From contig CAVVII010000011.1 of assembly GCA_963748055.1 (NCBI GenBank), positions 368,915-432,914 of the forward strand: a stretch of DNA of 64,000 nt, in the 5' to 3' direction. Made by a program: the position numbers and the translations under genes. The notes under the pieces are model-generated. The model saw only the letters and a list, made by a program, of their open reading frames with translations. It did not search any database and was not told where the DNA came from. This DNA is from an uncultured Verrucomicrobiae bacterium. GTDB taxonomy: Bacteria; Verrucomicrobiota; Verrucomicrobiia; Chthoniobacterales; JAFAMB01. The stretch's first letter is position 1. Each line of letters begins with the position of its first letter. This document shows positions 1-9,481 of this stretch, piece after piece.

Positions 1-255
1 TTCCCGCTGGGATCGCGTCGGTCTCAACTTCCAATGCTTTAGGCCAATTTACCCGCCCTTGACTAATTGGACAAATTGGCGCGGTGTAGCGGGCGCCGCC
101 CCGGAAAGGACTACAAAGGAGTGAAGGAACAGAAATGAGAATAGGAGAAAAGACATGGTTAAAGGTAGGAGTTGCCCGCATCATCTTTACCCTGAAATGA
201 GCGGATACTCGTTACGAGCCAGAATGCTATTGTGTAGCCGCACAAAGGAGAATTT

Positions 256-795
256 ATGACGTACGCCTATGACTTGGAAAATGGACAAAGGCTCATCGTA
301 GAGAATGACGGCGACGATACGCTCGTTGCATTGAGCACTCATGATCAAGGACAACAACAAAGTCAGTGCACAGGCTTTGTGACCGGAAAATGGTCGAAGC
401 CGCCAGAGCTTTTTCGCGCCAATGGAAAATATGTACTGCGTTTCGAAAGTAAAAGGGGCGTGGAGTACATCCGAGTTCGCGGCAATCAAATCCAGTCGAT
501 GCGAAGCGAGCCAGAGCTGGAAAATGCGGAAAGGCTAAAGCTTAAGAAATCGGAGGAGAGCGTTGCTTTAAAACCGATGGAGCCAATGGCCCCAATGAAA
601 CCAATGGAGCCGATGAAGCCGATGGGGCGTATGCGGCCAATGGAATTGCGGATGGGCGGCATGCACATGAGCATGGGGTCGGCCGAAAGAGAGTCTGAGC
701 CAGCAAAGCGGTTCTGCACCCAGTGCGGCAAGCCGGCTCGGGATGAAGACCGCTTTTGCGGAAGCTGCGGACATGCCCTTTCGGCGCAGAAGTGA
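256..795 (+). CDS. hypothetical protein, Met/Pro-rich repeat plus C-terminal zinc ribbon
   Basis: 179-aa ORF with AAGGAG 5 nt upstream of the ATG. It has an internal KPMEPMAPMKPMEPMKPMGRMRPME repeat. The C-terminal CxxC-x10-CxxC (FCTQCG..FCGSCG) resembles zinc-ribbon domains. No enzymatic motif recognised. Confidence 0.6.
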   Translation: MTYAYDLENGQRLIVENDGDDTLVALSTHDQGQQQSQCTGFVTGKWSKPPELFRANGKYVLRFESKRGVEYIRVRGNQIQSMRSEPELENAERLKLKKSEESVALKPMEPMAPMKPMEPMKPMGRMRPMELRMGGMHMSMGSAERESEPAKRFCTQCGKPARDEDRFCGSCGHALSAQK

Positions 796-1550
796 TTCAG
801 GTTCGCGGCCAAAAAACCGACCGCGTCCCGGACCGGCGGGAGTCCTCTTCTTGTAAGGTGCCGGCCTATCCTGCGATGAGTTGAAGGGAAAGAATCGGAG
901 CCATTCCCAGTTTTATAAAAAATCTCATAAGCGGGGATCTTTTGAAAAAACATTGCAGTTCGCCAAGTCAATGGAAGAAAAACCCGGTGGTTTGGCCAGC
1001 ATAAAGTCTTCAGTCACGTTTCAGGACGATGATTCGCTCAAGCCATCTAACAATAAAGAGTTGCTGAAGCCGGGTGCCGTCCAAGAAGCAGTTCAGTGTG
1101 GACCGAGTTGCTCTCAGGGTCCAAAGCCCCGGTCGTTTCGATGAGCGGCTGCGACGGAACCTGAATGAGTATCGGATCCACTTCTGACGCTGGATCTTTA
1201 GTTCCATTTACGATGATCAGCAGATGATCTATGGGTTGGGCGACATTCGCAAAACATGAAGACCACGTAGTTGCTCGCAGAACTGGCGCACTGGTAACAC
1301 CAAACATTTCTCTGTCATGAAAATCTGGTTTGAAGACTTTCTCCAAAACGCCGCATTTCCGGCCGTTGTGTTGGCCTTTGCTTGCGCTCCTTTGAATGAT
1401 CCGAGTTCAGAAGATAGGCCAGCACCCGTGTTACCAGATACTTACGATTTTGCTACCCTGGAGAATCCTGCGTTTCATAACAGAACGCAGGATTTTGGCT
1501 GGATAACTTATCCGGAACCCCGGTGATTCCCGTTTTCCTCTCGTCTGCCG

Positions 1551-1795
1551 CTAGCCTGCATCGCTCACAAATCCTTAGAGATTTGTGAGCGATGCAGGCT
1601 CAGGCAGCAGAATTCCCCGGCTACGCCGGAAAATTCGACTGCTTTTTAGATTTAGAGAGAATAGTTATGCAACAGTTTGTCTCAATTCATTTATCTAAAA
1701 CAGGCTCTTAAACAGACGCGCAGCGTCTGTTTAAGAGCTTCCTAGCCCGCAATGAGCTCATCGCTTCGACCTTTGCGTGATTTTTGCGGGCTAGG
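1551..1795 (+). mobile_element. MITE-like ~245-bp multi-hairpin repeat, copy A
   Basis: A near-identical inverted copy lies at 12655-12894. Termini CTAGCCTGCA / TGCGGGCTAG form 9/10 terminal inverted repeats. Perfect hairpins at 1554-1599 (20-bp stem), 1704-1738 (16-bp stem) and 1742-1794 (11-bp stem). No ORF of its own. Confidence 0.75.
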
Positions 1796-1992
1796 CGCGG
1801 CGGTTAGAAGCGGACCTTCTGCAATGGACATACCAGAATTTGACTCCGCCTGGAAGAGCTCATCGAAGAAGCCTTTGACCAGGCATGGAAATACTTGCGG
1901 CTGCTTGCGGTGTCTCAATCGAGGATGAGGAATGACACCGATGGGTGTCACGGGTGATTCAGACGGAAGAATGAAAAGGATCGGCTCAGGGT

Positions 1993-2628
1993 CTATGCCC
2001 GAGCCGCCGGCGAACTAAGTACTTCCAGAGCGCGCAAGCCGGCTGCCGTTCGGGTTTCGACGCCCAGCGTGTCGAATATCTCGAGGACATGCTTTTTTAC
2101 TGTGGATTCGGTGTTGCCGAGAATGGTGGCTATCTCGCCGTTGGTTTTGCCTTGGGCAAGCCAGAGCAAAGTTTCCGCGACCCGCGGAGTTAGGCCGAGC
2201 ACTGCTTCCAGGGGTTTTGCAGATTGGAAGTTAGGTTTGAACTCCGGTACTGTTTGTTGAACGGCACGCTCGAGACGCGAGCGGATGGCGGCCAGCAGGT
2301 CTGATTTTGCGACCGGCTTGGTTAGGTAATCATCCGCTCCGAGATTCATTCCGGCGCGTATGTCCGGCTTCTCGCCCCTGGCGGTCAGAAAGATAAACGG
2401 GATAGTGACTGTCTCGGCGTCGGCGCGGAGGGCGGCGATGACGCCGTATCCGTCCAGTCCCGGCATCATCACATCGCAAAGAATGAGGTCGGGCCTTTCC
2501 CTTTTCGCCAGCTCAAGGCCGACGCGACCGTTTTCGGCGGGAAGTGGGTGAAACTTCTCTAATCGGAGAATGGTCGTCAGATTGCGTCGCATCTCCGGCT
2601 CGTCTTCAATGACCAAAATTTTCTTCAT
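1993..2628 (-). CDS. response regulator, REC domain plus LuxR/FixJ-type HTH
   Basis: Most likely start is MKKILVIEDEPEM, whose ATG overlaps the upstream kinase stop as ATGA. The receiver has LILCDVMMPGLDG and a C-terminal GKTNGEIA..STVKKHV HTH. About four-fifths of residues match the paralog at 45776-46411 by manual alignment. Confidence 0.9.
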   Translation of the reverse strand: MKKILVIEDEPEMRRNLTTILRLEKFHPLPAENGRVGLELAKRERPDLILCDVMMPGLDGYGVIAALRADAETVTIPFIFLTARGEKPDIRAGMNLGADDYLTKPVAKSDLLAAIRSRLERAVQQTVPEFKPNFQSAKPLEAVLGLTPRVAETLLWLAQGKTNGEIATILGNTESTVKKHVLEIFDTLGVETRTAAGLRALEVLSSPAARA

Positions 2629-5600
2629 AAATGTATCTCTTCCGCCGCGGATTCTGGGTTCAATATTGGCAGCCATACAGTCACTGACGTACCTTCGCCC
2701 GGTTTGCTATCCACTTTGATCTTGCCGCCGTGCAGATCGACGCATCGCTTTACAATGACGAGTCCAAGACCCGTACCCGGACGTTCACCGACATTACGCC
2801 CCCGATGGAAGGCGTGAAAGAGCCACTCCCGGTCGGCTTCTGGAATTCCAATGCCCTGGTCACGGATGGTACATACAATGTCTGCCTTGGCGAAAACGAT
2901 TTCAAACTGCACTACCCGTCCGGCGTCAGAATATTTCACCGCATTGGTTAACAAATTCGTGAAAATATGCCGCAGCAAGCGCTCGTCGGCCAATATCCTG
3001 TCGGGCATTTCTTCAAGCAAGCATTCGATCGGACATCGCCGATCGGTTGCCGAAAGGACTTCGTCGATAAGTCTTCGCGCGAAAGTTCGCAACTCCAGCG
3101 GCTCGGGCTTGAATTCGATCCTGCCCGCGTCGAAGCTTCCGATGAGCAGGGTTTCTTCCATCAGAGAGGCCATCCGTCGCGTGTTGTTGCGGATAGATTG
3201 GAGATGATCCTTTCGCTCGGCAGGTTCCAACTGGTCGAGGTAGTCATCCAGGATTTCTGCCGAAGACTGGATGATGGCCAATGGCGTGCGGAACTCGTGT
3301 GATACCATTGACACGAATTTGCTTCGCAATTGTCCCAATTCCTTCTCTCTCGCCAACGTGCGAAGCAGCTCAGCCTCCGCCTGTTTGCGCTGTGTGATAT
3401 CAACGGCAAAGACGAGCATATGCGCCTCGCGGTTGATTTCGATCAGGTCGGCCGAGAGCAGCATTGTGTGGACGGTGCCGCGCCGGCTGCGTAGCTGGCA
3501 CTCGACCTCGATCAGCGACCCGTAGCGGTGAAGATCTGTCAGGAACTTCGTGCGATCTTCAAGATTCATCCAGATGCCCAGTTCGCCGGAATCGTGACCG
3601 ACAATTTCGTCATGATTTAATCCAATCCACCGTACGAATGCGTCGTTCGCCTCGATGAACCTTGCGTCGCTCAGTCGCGAAATTGTGATAAGCACAGGGC
3701 TGGCGCGAAATGCCGTGCTGAAGCGCGCCTCACTCTCTCGCAGGCGCGCCTCGCTCTTCCGCAATTCCTCTTCGGCCCGCTTGCGCACCGTGATGTCGTT
3801 GCAAACGGCCTGAAAAAGCTGACGGCTGCCGAGCTGGATGGGCGTAAGGAACACTTCAATCGGCATTTCGGTGCCGTCACGGCGCACTACTACCCATTCG
3901 AAACGAGCGCCGCCAGCGGTCAGCGCGCTGGTAATGTGCTTTTTTGCCAGGACGTCGGCGCTCTCGCCGCCGGGCTGAATTGGTGCGGAGACTTCCGCGG
4001 GATGTTTGCCTTTGACATCGTCCACGCTCGAATAGCCCATATACTTTAACCAGCTTGGGTTCGCCTCCTGGATCCCGTTTTCATCATGCAAAACGGCCGG
4101 CTGGCTGGTGCCTTCGAAGAGCGCGCGGAACTTTTCCTCGGACTTGCGCAACAGGTGTTCCGAAAGCCCGCGATGAGATTCTTCCAACGCCAGGGAAACC
4201 ATTGCCGCCAGCGCTGACGCGAAGTCAATTTCCTCCGCCGACCAATCACGAGCCGGGCCGACGTGCTCGTGACAAAGCACGCCTACGACCTCTCCACGCA
4301 CCCAGACCGGCGCGTCGAGCATCGACGTAATGCCGAGCGGCGCGAGGTAATTGTCCGCCAGTCCGCTCGTGGCCGGGTGCGCCAACGCATTGCCGGCAAT
4401 GACAGGCCGTTCGGCGGCCAACGCCTCAAAATACGCAGGACAATCGGAGGCACCCAGGCGGGAACCTTTGAACTTCTCGTCAATGCTGTTCGTATTGCGC
4501 AGATGTAGGAGTTCACAGGTTATGGCGGAACCGTTTTCCTGCAGCGACCAGTAGCTGACGCGCGCCACATCAAGCGTTGCGGCCGATAGCGAACAAATTT
4601 TTTGGAGTGCTTTGTCTAGATCGGATTTGTCAGACTGCGCAATTTCAAGAAGTACGTCCCTATGTTTCTGCACCTGTTCATTGCGTTTGCGCAAATATTC
4701 TTCCGCTTGCCTGAGCTGTTCGTTCGACCGCAAGAGTTCGTTAGTGCGCGCGGCGACTCGTCTTTCAAGGGAAGCGTTGAGCTGCCGGATTTCTTTCGCT
4801 GCCTGCTTGTGTCCGGAAATGTCGCGCGACACGACAAAAAGCAGGGTCCGTTCACCGAAGGGGACCGCGGTCATCACGATGTCGAGGGGCAACTCGCTTC
4901 CATCGTAGCGGCGGGTCAGCCATTCGAAGCGATGACTGCCCTGGATCAGCGCGAGTTTCACCATCTCCTTGACCTTCTCGCTTGAAAGCCGGCCGTCGGG
5001 TTGGCGCTCCGGCGAGATCTCCGCCGGCGAAGAGTTGCCCAGGGCTTCCCTGTTAGGAGCTCCCGTTTGCCGCACCACCGCATCGTTCGACTCGATGAAC
5101 CGGCCGCTCTGGGGGTCAAAGAGGGACATCGCGTCAGCGCTCCGCTCAAAGAGCGAACGGAATCGTGCCTCGCTCTGGAGCAACGCGGCTTCAGCCTCTT
5201 TTCGCTCCGTGATGTCGCGTGAGACCAATACAAATACAGGGCTGCCGTTGCGCTCGATCGCCGTAGCGTTTACTTCCAGTGGGACTTCCGTGCCGTCAAA
5301 TCGCCGTGCAGTCCATTCGAACCGGCTGTTACCACTTTTCAGCGTTTCCTCGATGCGTCGCGCGACCGATTCCACAGTGGGCGAACCGTCCGGCTGTACC
5401 GGCGCCGAGAGATCTGCTGCACCCTTTCCGACCAGGTCGGCTCTACTCCTGCAACGCATTAGTGCCACCGCTGCCTCATTGCAATCCGCTATGATCGCAG
5501 TGCGTGGGTCGAACAACCAGACAGCATCCGCAGTGCGTTCAAAGAGAAGGTCAAACATCGACTCGGTCTCGTCCAATCTACGGCCATTATTGTTGCACCT

Positions 5601-5642
5601 TGCTTCCATTTCTGGTTCGCGAAGTTTGACGCGTTTTCCCAT
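2625..5642 (-). CDS. soluble multi-PAS/GAF sensor histidine kinase
   Basis: 1005-aa ORF with no obvious TM segment. Several PAS-like modules end in ..DIT(E/V/Q)RK. GAF-like block LDVARVSYWSL..VGVLCHEH. H-box SHEFRTPL. ATPase boxes NLLTNAVKYS, DQGIGI, GTGLGL. The C-terminal ~560 aa are highly similar to 42444-45767. Confidence 0.9.
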   Translation of the reverse strand: MGKRVKLREPEMEARCNNNGRRLDETESMFDLLFERTADAVWLFDPRTAIIADCNEAAVALMRCRSRADLVGKGAADLSAPVQPDGSPTVESVARRIEETLKSGNSRFEWTARRFDGTEVPLEVNATAIERNGSPVFVLVSRDITERKEAEAALLQSEARFRSLFERSADAMSLFDPQSGRFIESNDAVVRQTGAPNREALGNSSPAEISPERQPDGRLSSEKVKEMVKLALIQGSHRFEWLTRRYDGSELPLDIVMTAVPFGERTLLFVVSRDISGHKQAAKEIRQLNASLERRVAARTNELLRSNEQLRQAEEYLRKRNEQVQKHRDVLLEIAQSDKSDLDKALQKICSLSAATLDVARVSYWSLQENGSAITCELLHLRNTNSIDEKFKGSRLGASDCPAYFEALAAERPVIAGNALAHPATSGLADNYLAPLGITSMLDAPVWVRGEVVGVLCHEHVGPARDWSAEEIDFASALAAMVSLALEESHRGLSEHLLRKSEEKFRALFEGTSQPAVLHDENGIQEANPSWLKYMGYSSVDDVKGKHPAEVSAPIQPGGESADVLAKKHITSALTAGGARFEWVVVRRDGTEMPIEVFLTPIQLGSRQLFQAVCNDITVRKRAEEELRKSEARLRESEARFSTAFRASPVLITISRLSDARFIEANDAFVRWIGLNHDEIVGHDSGELGIWMNLEDRTKFLTDLHRYGSLIEVECQLRSRRGTVHTMLLSADLIEINREAHMLVFAVDITQRKQAEAELLRTLAREKELGQLRSKFVSMVSHEFRTPLAIIQSSAEILDDYLDQLEPAERKDHLQSIRNNTRRMASLMEETLLIGSFDAGRIEFKPEPLELRTFARRLIDEVLSATDRRCPIECLLEEMPDRILADERLLRHIFTNLLTNAVKYSDAGRVVQFEIVFAKADIVCTIRDQGIGIPEADREWLFHAFHRGRNVGERPGTGLGLVIVKRCVDLHGGKIKVDSKPGEGTSVTVWLPILNPESAAEEIHL

Positions 5643-5921
5643 CCAAAATCAAACCCGACCGCCAATCTCTACACCGAGCTATGCATAGTTGACAATCGGG
5701 GAGCTGGAGAGTTCGCAACTTCAGGTTGCAACCGAATTCGGCTCAGGCGGAGCTCGACCGGGGCAACGCTCCTTAAGCGACGTCCGTTCGTACGGGCGGC
5801 CAATTTTGGGTCGTCATTGGAAAATGAGTGATGCACGGTGGCTTTACCGATTGTGACTGAGCCGCCCGCTGTTGAATTTCCTTTCTCGCATGACACCTAA
5901 CCTATGAGTCGGCTTGTCTCG

Positions 5922-5990
5922 CGTAAATGGAACGAAAGGTCTAATCGGCTCCCGCGGAGTCCGGTCGATACACCTTTCGTTCCATTTACG
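5922..5990. repeat. perfect 19-bp inverted repeat (CGTAAATGGAACGAAAGGT / ACCTTTCGTTCCATTTACG) with a 31-nt spacer
   Basis: Arms at 5922-5940 and 5972-5990 are exact reverse complements. The 18-nt core CTTTCGTTCCATTTACGA recurs exactly at 41521-41538, upstream of hcp. Confidence 0.7.
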
Positions 5991-6326
5991 ATCGATTACC
6001 GCGCTGCTATTCACAGAGCCGTGAACGCGGTAACCATCCGTGCACACCAATCATGGCACCATTTAATGAATCCTCGTTACATATCCTCGTTAAATTCTGA
6101 AAGCGGTTTCTGGCAACGCTCCCAACGATGTTCGATTCCTCGCGCGGCACGATACCGCTCGCATTCGCAGCGTCTGCTGTCCTTTCCACTTCGCTCGCCG
6201 GGCGACCAGCTTCACATCGTCGCGCTTCCGCTCGGAAGGTGGACGGTTCGTCTGGCCTCCAGAGCTTCACCAGGACGTTGTCTCTGTTAACAGGAAACGC
6301 CCTACCTCAGAAAGGTTTGCTCAGAA

Positions 6327-6713
6327 ATGAAAACACCAAGACATCTCGACAAATTATCAACTGGCGCAGGACTGCTAGTCTTAGCGATAGGATTCGTCTC
6401 TCTAGGGTGCCTATCTTTTATGAACAGGCATCCGGAAGAGGCTGCAAACGGCTTCTTCGTTGAGGATGCATATTCCATCGTCGGGAGTCTGATCAGCATC
6501 TTTGTTGGGGCAATATTCCTTATGATCGCCGTCCTTTTTACCGCGACGCTGCACGGGAGAAATCGATCCATTTGGCGGAAATCGCGAGGTTGGAACAACA
6601 GGTCGCATGCTGCTTTGGAGGCGGAAAAGCCGTTCAAAAGGGCGGAGATTTCCGTTGACGTAACCCGGGTTGACGATGTGCTCGTTCAAGCTGACTTCGG
6701 AGCTTACATCTGA
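6327..6713 (+). CDS. hypothetical membrane protein
   Basis: 128-aa ORF with two hydrophobic segments (GAGLLVLAIGFVSLGCL; IVGSLISIFVGAIFLMIAVLF). No homology recognised. Confidence 0.4.
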   Translation: MKTPRHLDKLSTGAGLLVLAIGFVSLGCLSFMNRHPEEAANGFFVEDAYSIVGSLISIFVGAIFLMIAVLFTATLHGRNRSIWRKSRGWNNRSHAALEAEKPFKRAEISVDVTRVDDVLVQADFGAYI

Positions 6714-6939
6714 TGGTCGGCGATTGGACGCGTTCTCAATGGCGGCTCGATTAAGGAAACGGCGGGTCGAGGGAACAATCCCGCGGGTTCGGCGTTCCGT
6801 GTCTTCGACGCTTCCTTCCGCCGCCTGCACGCTCAGGATAACTGCGCGCTCTTGCCGCAACCGCGCATACGCCGGCAACCCGTCCGGGATTTTCGAGGGC
6901 CTTCTGGGTGGCCTCGCCGATTCGTGGCATAATGTTCCC

Positions 6940-7308
6940 ATGAAACGAGAGGCCTGGATTCGAAAGCTATGTTTGGGTTCCTGCGTGAACGCGAAAGAAC
7001 TAGATAACATCGATGGTTTGAGAATCGGTACCGAGGCGTTAAGTTCCCGCGCCACGATCGCAGAAGCGGTCGGAGGCAGTGCGACCGGTGCCGTAGCGAT
7101 CGGTGCGTTAGCGATTGGCGGTTTCGCTATTGGCTGTTTAGTAATAGGCCGCCTGCTGATCCGGCAGTTGCTGATCCAGCGAGTTCACCTTCGCTATCTA
7201 AAGATCGATCAACTTGAGGTGGAAAACCTGCGCGTCAGCAAGCTAACGGTCCTCGAGGAGCAGCACCCGCCCGGCGGACAAGACAATCCGTCTGATCGGC
7301 AAGCATAG
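6940..7308 (+). CDS. hypothetical protein with Gly/Ala/Ile-rich membrane segment
   Basis: Internal ATG (MKREAW) of the 212-aa ORF. Segment GAVAIGALAIGGFAIGCLVIGRLLI is followed by LKIDQLEVENLRVSKL. The upstream part of the ORF looks non-coding. Confidence 0.4.
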   Translation: MKREAWIRKLCLGSCVNAKELDNIDGLRIGTEALSSRATIAEAVGGSATGAVAIGALAIGGFAIGCLVIGRLLIRQLLIQRVHLRYLKIDQLEVENLRVSKLTVLEEQHPPGGQDNPSDRQA

Positions 7309-7521
7309 TCGCCGCTGCCAGATCGTGCGTCCTTGGGCGATTGCCGTCTTGTCCGCTAATGCGACAATCTGTCCTTCGAAAGGACGGTTCTTCTAGCGAG
7401 CCTAGTCATCCAACCTCGGCTTCTCTGGGAGGAATGAATCTGCCCGGCCTGTGTCACCCCGAAACGAAACCAGAGGAAGGAAATGCGTCAATTTCGACCG
7501 AGCCGCTCGGAATCCCGCGTC

Positions 7522-7776
7522 CTACGATCTCTTTCTGAGCAATCGGTAAATGACGAGGAGGACAATCGCGCCCACGGTGGCGATAAATATGCCCCCGAGG
7601 TCAAAAGATTCGACCTTCCCGAGACCGATGAAGCTGCCAAGAAAACCGCCGACGATCCCCCCTGCGATGCCGATCAGGATCGTGACAAAGATGCCGCCGG
7701 GATCTTTCCCGGGCATGATGAATTTAGCGAGAGCCCCGGCAATGAGGCCCAGAAGGATCCAGGAGAAAATGCCCAT
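7522..7776 (-). CDS. GlsB/YeaQ/YmgE family (transglycosylase-associated) membrane protein
   Basis: 84 aa. MGIFSWILLGLIAGALAKFIMPG..GGIVGGFLG is typical of this family. Confidence 0.85.
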   Translation of the reverse strand: MGIFSWILLGLIAGALAKFIMPGKDPGGIFVTILIGIAGGIVGGFLGSFIGLGKVESFDLGGIFIATVGAIVLLVIYRLLRKRS

Positions 7777-7946
7777 TCCCTGTTTTAGGACGAATTCGCC
7801 GTACAGGAAAGGATTAATTTTGCGGACTTCGTGGCGCGCGACTTTTGGCTGGCTGCTGGGCCACGGGCAGCGTCAAAGTCTCGCCGGAGGGGATCCTGTC
7901 TTTGAGAGCCGAAGTATCCGCAGCACCAGCCCGAGGGATCGTTCAA

Positions 7947-8452
7947 CTACTTGACTCGCTCCCAGACTAACTCAGCGGTTCCTGTGCCGCCCGACGAGGC
8001 CAAATTCGTCCACTTCAGTTTGTCGCCGGTAACGGTGAATTGACGTTTCTGATCAGTTCCGGTCCATTTCGGAACGGTGCTGCCCTCGATGTGAGCCTTG
8101 ATCGTATGGTTTGCGTCGCTGATCAAGTAGGTTCCGAAGCAGGCTACGCTCTTTTGTAAGGTGGCTTTGTCGTCCTTGAGGGCTCCCGTCGAGCCAGAAT
8201 CGGATGCGATTTTTGGAAAGGCCGGAACGGCGTGATAACTATCAAAAAGTGGTCTTGGCTATCAAATATCAGGAAGCCCTGCAGGCGAGGAGCGCTCAAA
8301 CGAACCTCTTTGCCGCCTCGCTCGACTTTGCCTGAGATCAGCCTCCAGGATGATCCCCTGAACTGGTCATTGGCAGTCTGAGCGACCGCGCTATCCTGAG
8401 GAAGAAGTCCGAGCAATAACGCAGCTGTCGTAAGCAAGATAAGTTGCTTCAT
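7947..8452 (-). pseudogene. secreted lipocalin-like domain protein, frameshifted (or sequencing error)
   Basis: The N-terminal part (signal peptide MKQLILLTTAALLLGLL.. to ..FDSQDHF) is in the 8144-8452 ORF. The conserved remainder (DSYHAVPAF..CFGTYLISD..GDKLKWTN..VWERVK*) continues in another frame to a stop at 7947-7949. The junction is at the A5 run 8244-8248. Confidence 0.65.
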
Positions 8453-8535
8453 TCTAATAGGCCTTCATCGCGACAAGTTTTGCCGGACAAGCGTTTGCAG
8501 GACCGGCGACTAGGGATTATTAATTCGCAAACCAA

Positions 8536-8745
8536 ATGCGCAATCTTTTTTCGATGGCTATGGGAGGGATTCTGCTTTTTGTCGCGGCAGGCTTCTCTTC
8601 CTGTGCAAGCGAGAACGGAGGCGTTGCAGGCAACAACCAGCGCCCGGTCAACGGGGGAGGTGTGACGATTGGCCCGGCCACTGTCGAAGTCGGTACGGCG
8701 GAATACGAATCACCTTGGCCCTTCGGTCCGTTGGGCATGGATTAA
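8536..8745 (+). CDS. small putative lipoprotein
   Basis: 69 aa. The N-terminus MRNLFSMAMGGILLFVAAGFSSC resembles a lipoprotein signal. No homology recognised. Confidence 0.35.
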   Translation: MRNLFSMAMGGILLFVAAGFSSCASENGGVAGNNQRPVNGGGVTIGPATVEVGTAEYESPWPFGPLGMD

Positions 8746-8750
8746 AATCA

Positions 8751-9311
8751 ATGGCTGCCATTATAGGATTGAGTGGAAGTCTCAGGCGCGAATCTTTCAA
8801 TTCGATGCTGCTTCGTGCCGCGTCGCAATTGGCGCCGGCTGGTACCACCATTGAAATCGCGTCCATACGCGGGATTCCCTTGTACGACGGTGACGTCGAA
8901 GCGGCCGAAGGCATTCCGGCGGCGGTACAGGAACTGAAGACGAGGATCACTGCATCGGATGGTCTCTTGATCGCCACTCCCGAATACAACAATTCGATTC
9001 CTGGTGTTTTGAAGAACGCGATTGATTGGCTGTCCAGACCTTCCGAAGACATTCAGAACGTGTTCGGCGGCCGCCCCGTGGCTATCATCGGCACAACTCC
9101 GGGACAGGTGGGCACCTCGCTGGCACAGACTGCATGGCTTCCGGTTTTGCGGACGCTTGGTACGGCACCTTGGTTCGGGGGTCGGCTGATGTTATCGAAT
9201 GCCGCAAGAGTTTTCGACGGCCAGGGACAATTGATCGACGAGAAGACCCGAGAGCGCCTCGCGACCTTCATGAACGGTTTTGCTGCTTTTGTGTCCGATC
9301 GCCGCCGGTAA
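8751..9311 (+). CDS. NAD(P)H-dependent FMN reductase (ChrR/YieF-like)
   Basis: Start MAAIIGLSGSLR. Motif ATPEYNNSIPGVLKNAIDWLSRP is typical of the FMN_red family. Confidence 0.85.
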   Translation: MAAIIGLSGSLRRESFNSMLLRAASQLAPAGTTIEIASIRGIPLYDGDVEAAEGIPAAVQELKTRITASDGLLIATPEYNNSIPGVLKNAIDWLSRPSEDIQNVFGGRPVAIIGTTPGQVGTSLAQTAWLPVLRTLGTAPWFGGRLMLSNAARVFDGQGQLIDEKTRERLATFMNGFAAFVSDRRR

Positions 9312-9481
9312 ACCGGGCTTGGCCCGCGGGGAACCTGACGCGTGGATGTCTGCGATCCACGCGAGACTGATCCGTCAACGCGCTGAACGATTGCGCCTCG
9401 GAAGGAACCGGCTATCATCGGGAGATTAAACTTCGATCTGTATCGGCGCCTCTCGCCTAAGCCATGGAACGTTGTAATCCT

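Noticed and set aside
881-1526. Several 65-99-aa ORFs (881-1144, 1047-1346, 1317-1526) between the zinc-ribbon gene and repeat copy A.
   Set aside because: They are mutually overlapping and have no recognisable domains, signal peptides or ribosome-binding sites. I cannot support any of them as genes, though a decayed gene here cannot be excluded.
1742-1951. ORFs running into the 245-bp repeat copies (1742-1951 minus strand; 12884-13072 plus strand).
   Set aside because: Their starts or ends lie inside the hairpin-rich repeat and their products have no coding character. I could not convincingly show that 1800-1990 is a remnant of the Dabb gene that follows the paralogous module.
4969-5688. 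Antisense or alternative-frame ORFs inside the two large kinases (4969-5688 +, 42960-43685 -, 45404-46180 -, and many 60-130-aa ones).
   Set aside because: They are typical GC-rich shadow ORFs. The kinase frames carry all conserved PAS/GAF/HisKA/HATPase motifs.
6120-6140. tRNA-like T-loop strings (GTTCGATTCC at about 6128; GGTTCAAATC at about 21430).
   Set aside because: The flanking sequence cannot form a T-stem, acceptor stem or anticodon arm. No cloverleaf could be drawn.
6411-7055. 214-aa minus-strand ORF overlapping two plus-strand hypothetical genes.
   Set aside because: It has no motifs and an Arg/Ser/Pro-rich composition typical of non-coding frames. It overlaps better-supported membrane-protein ORFs.
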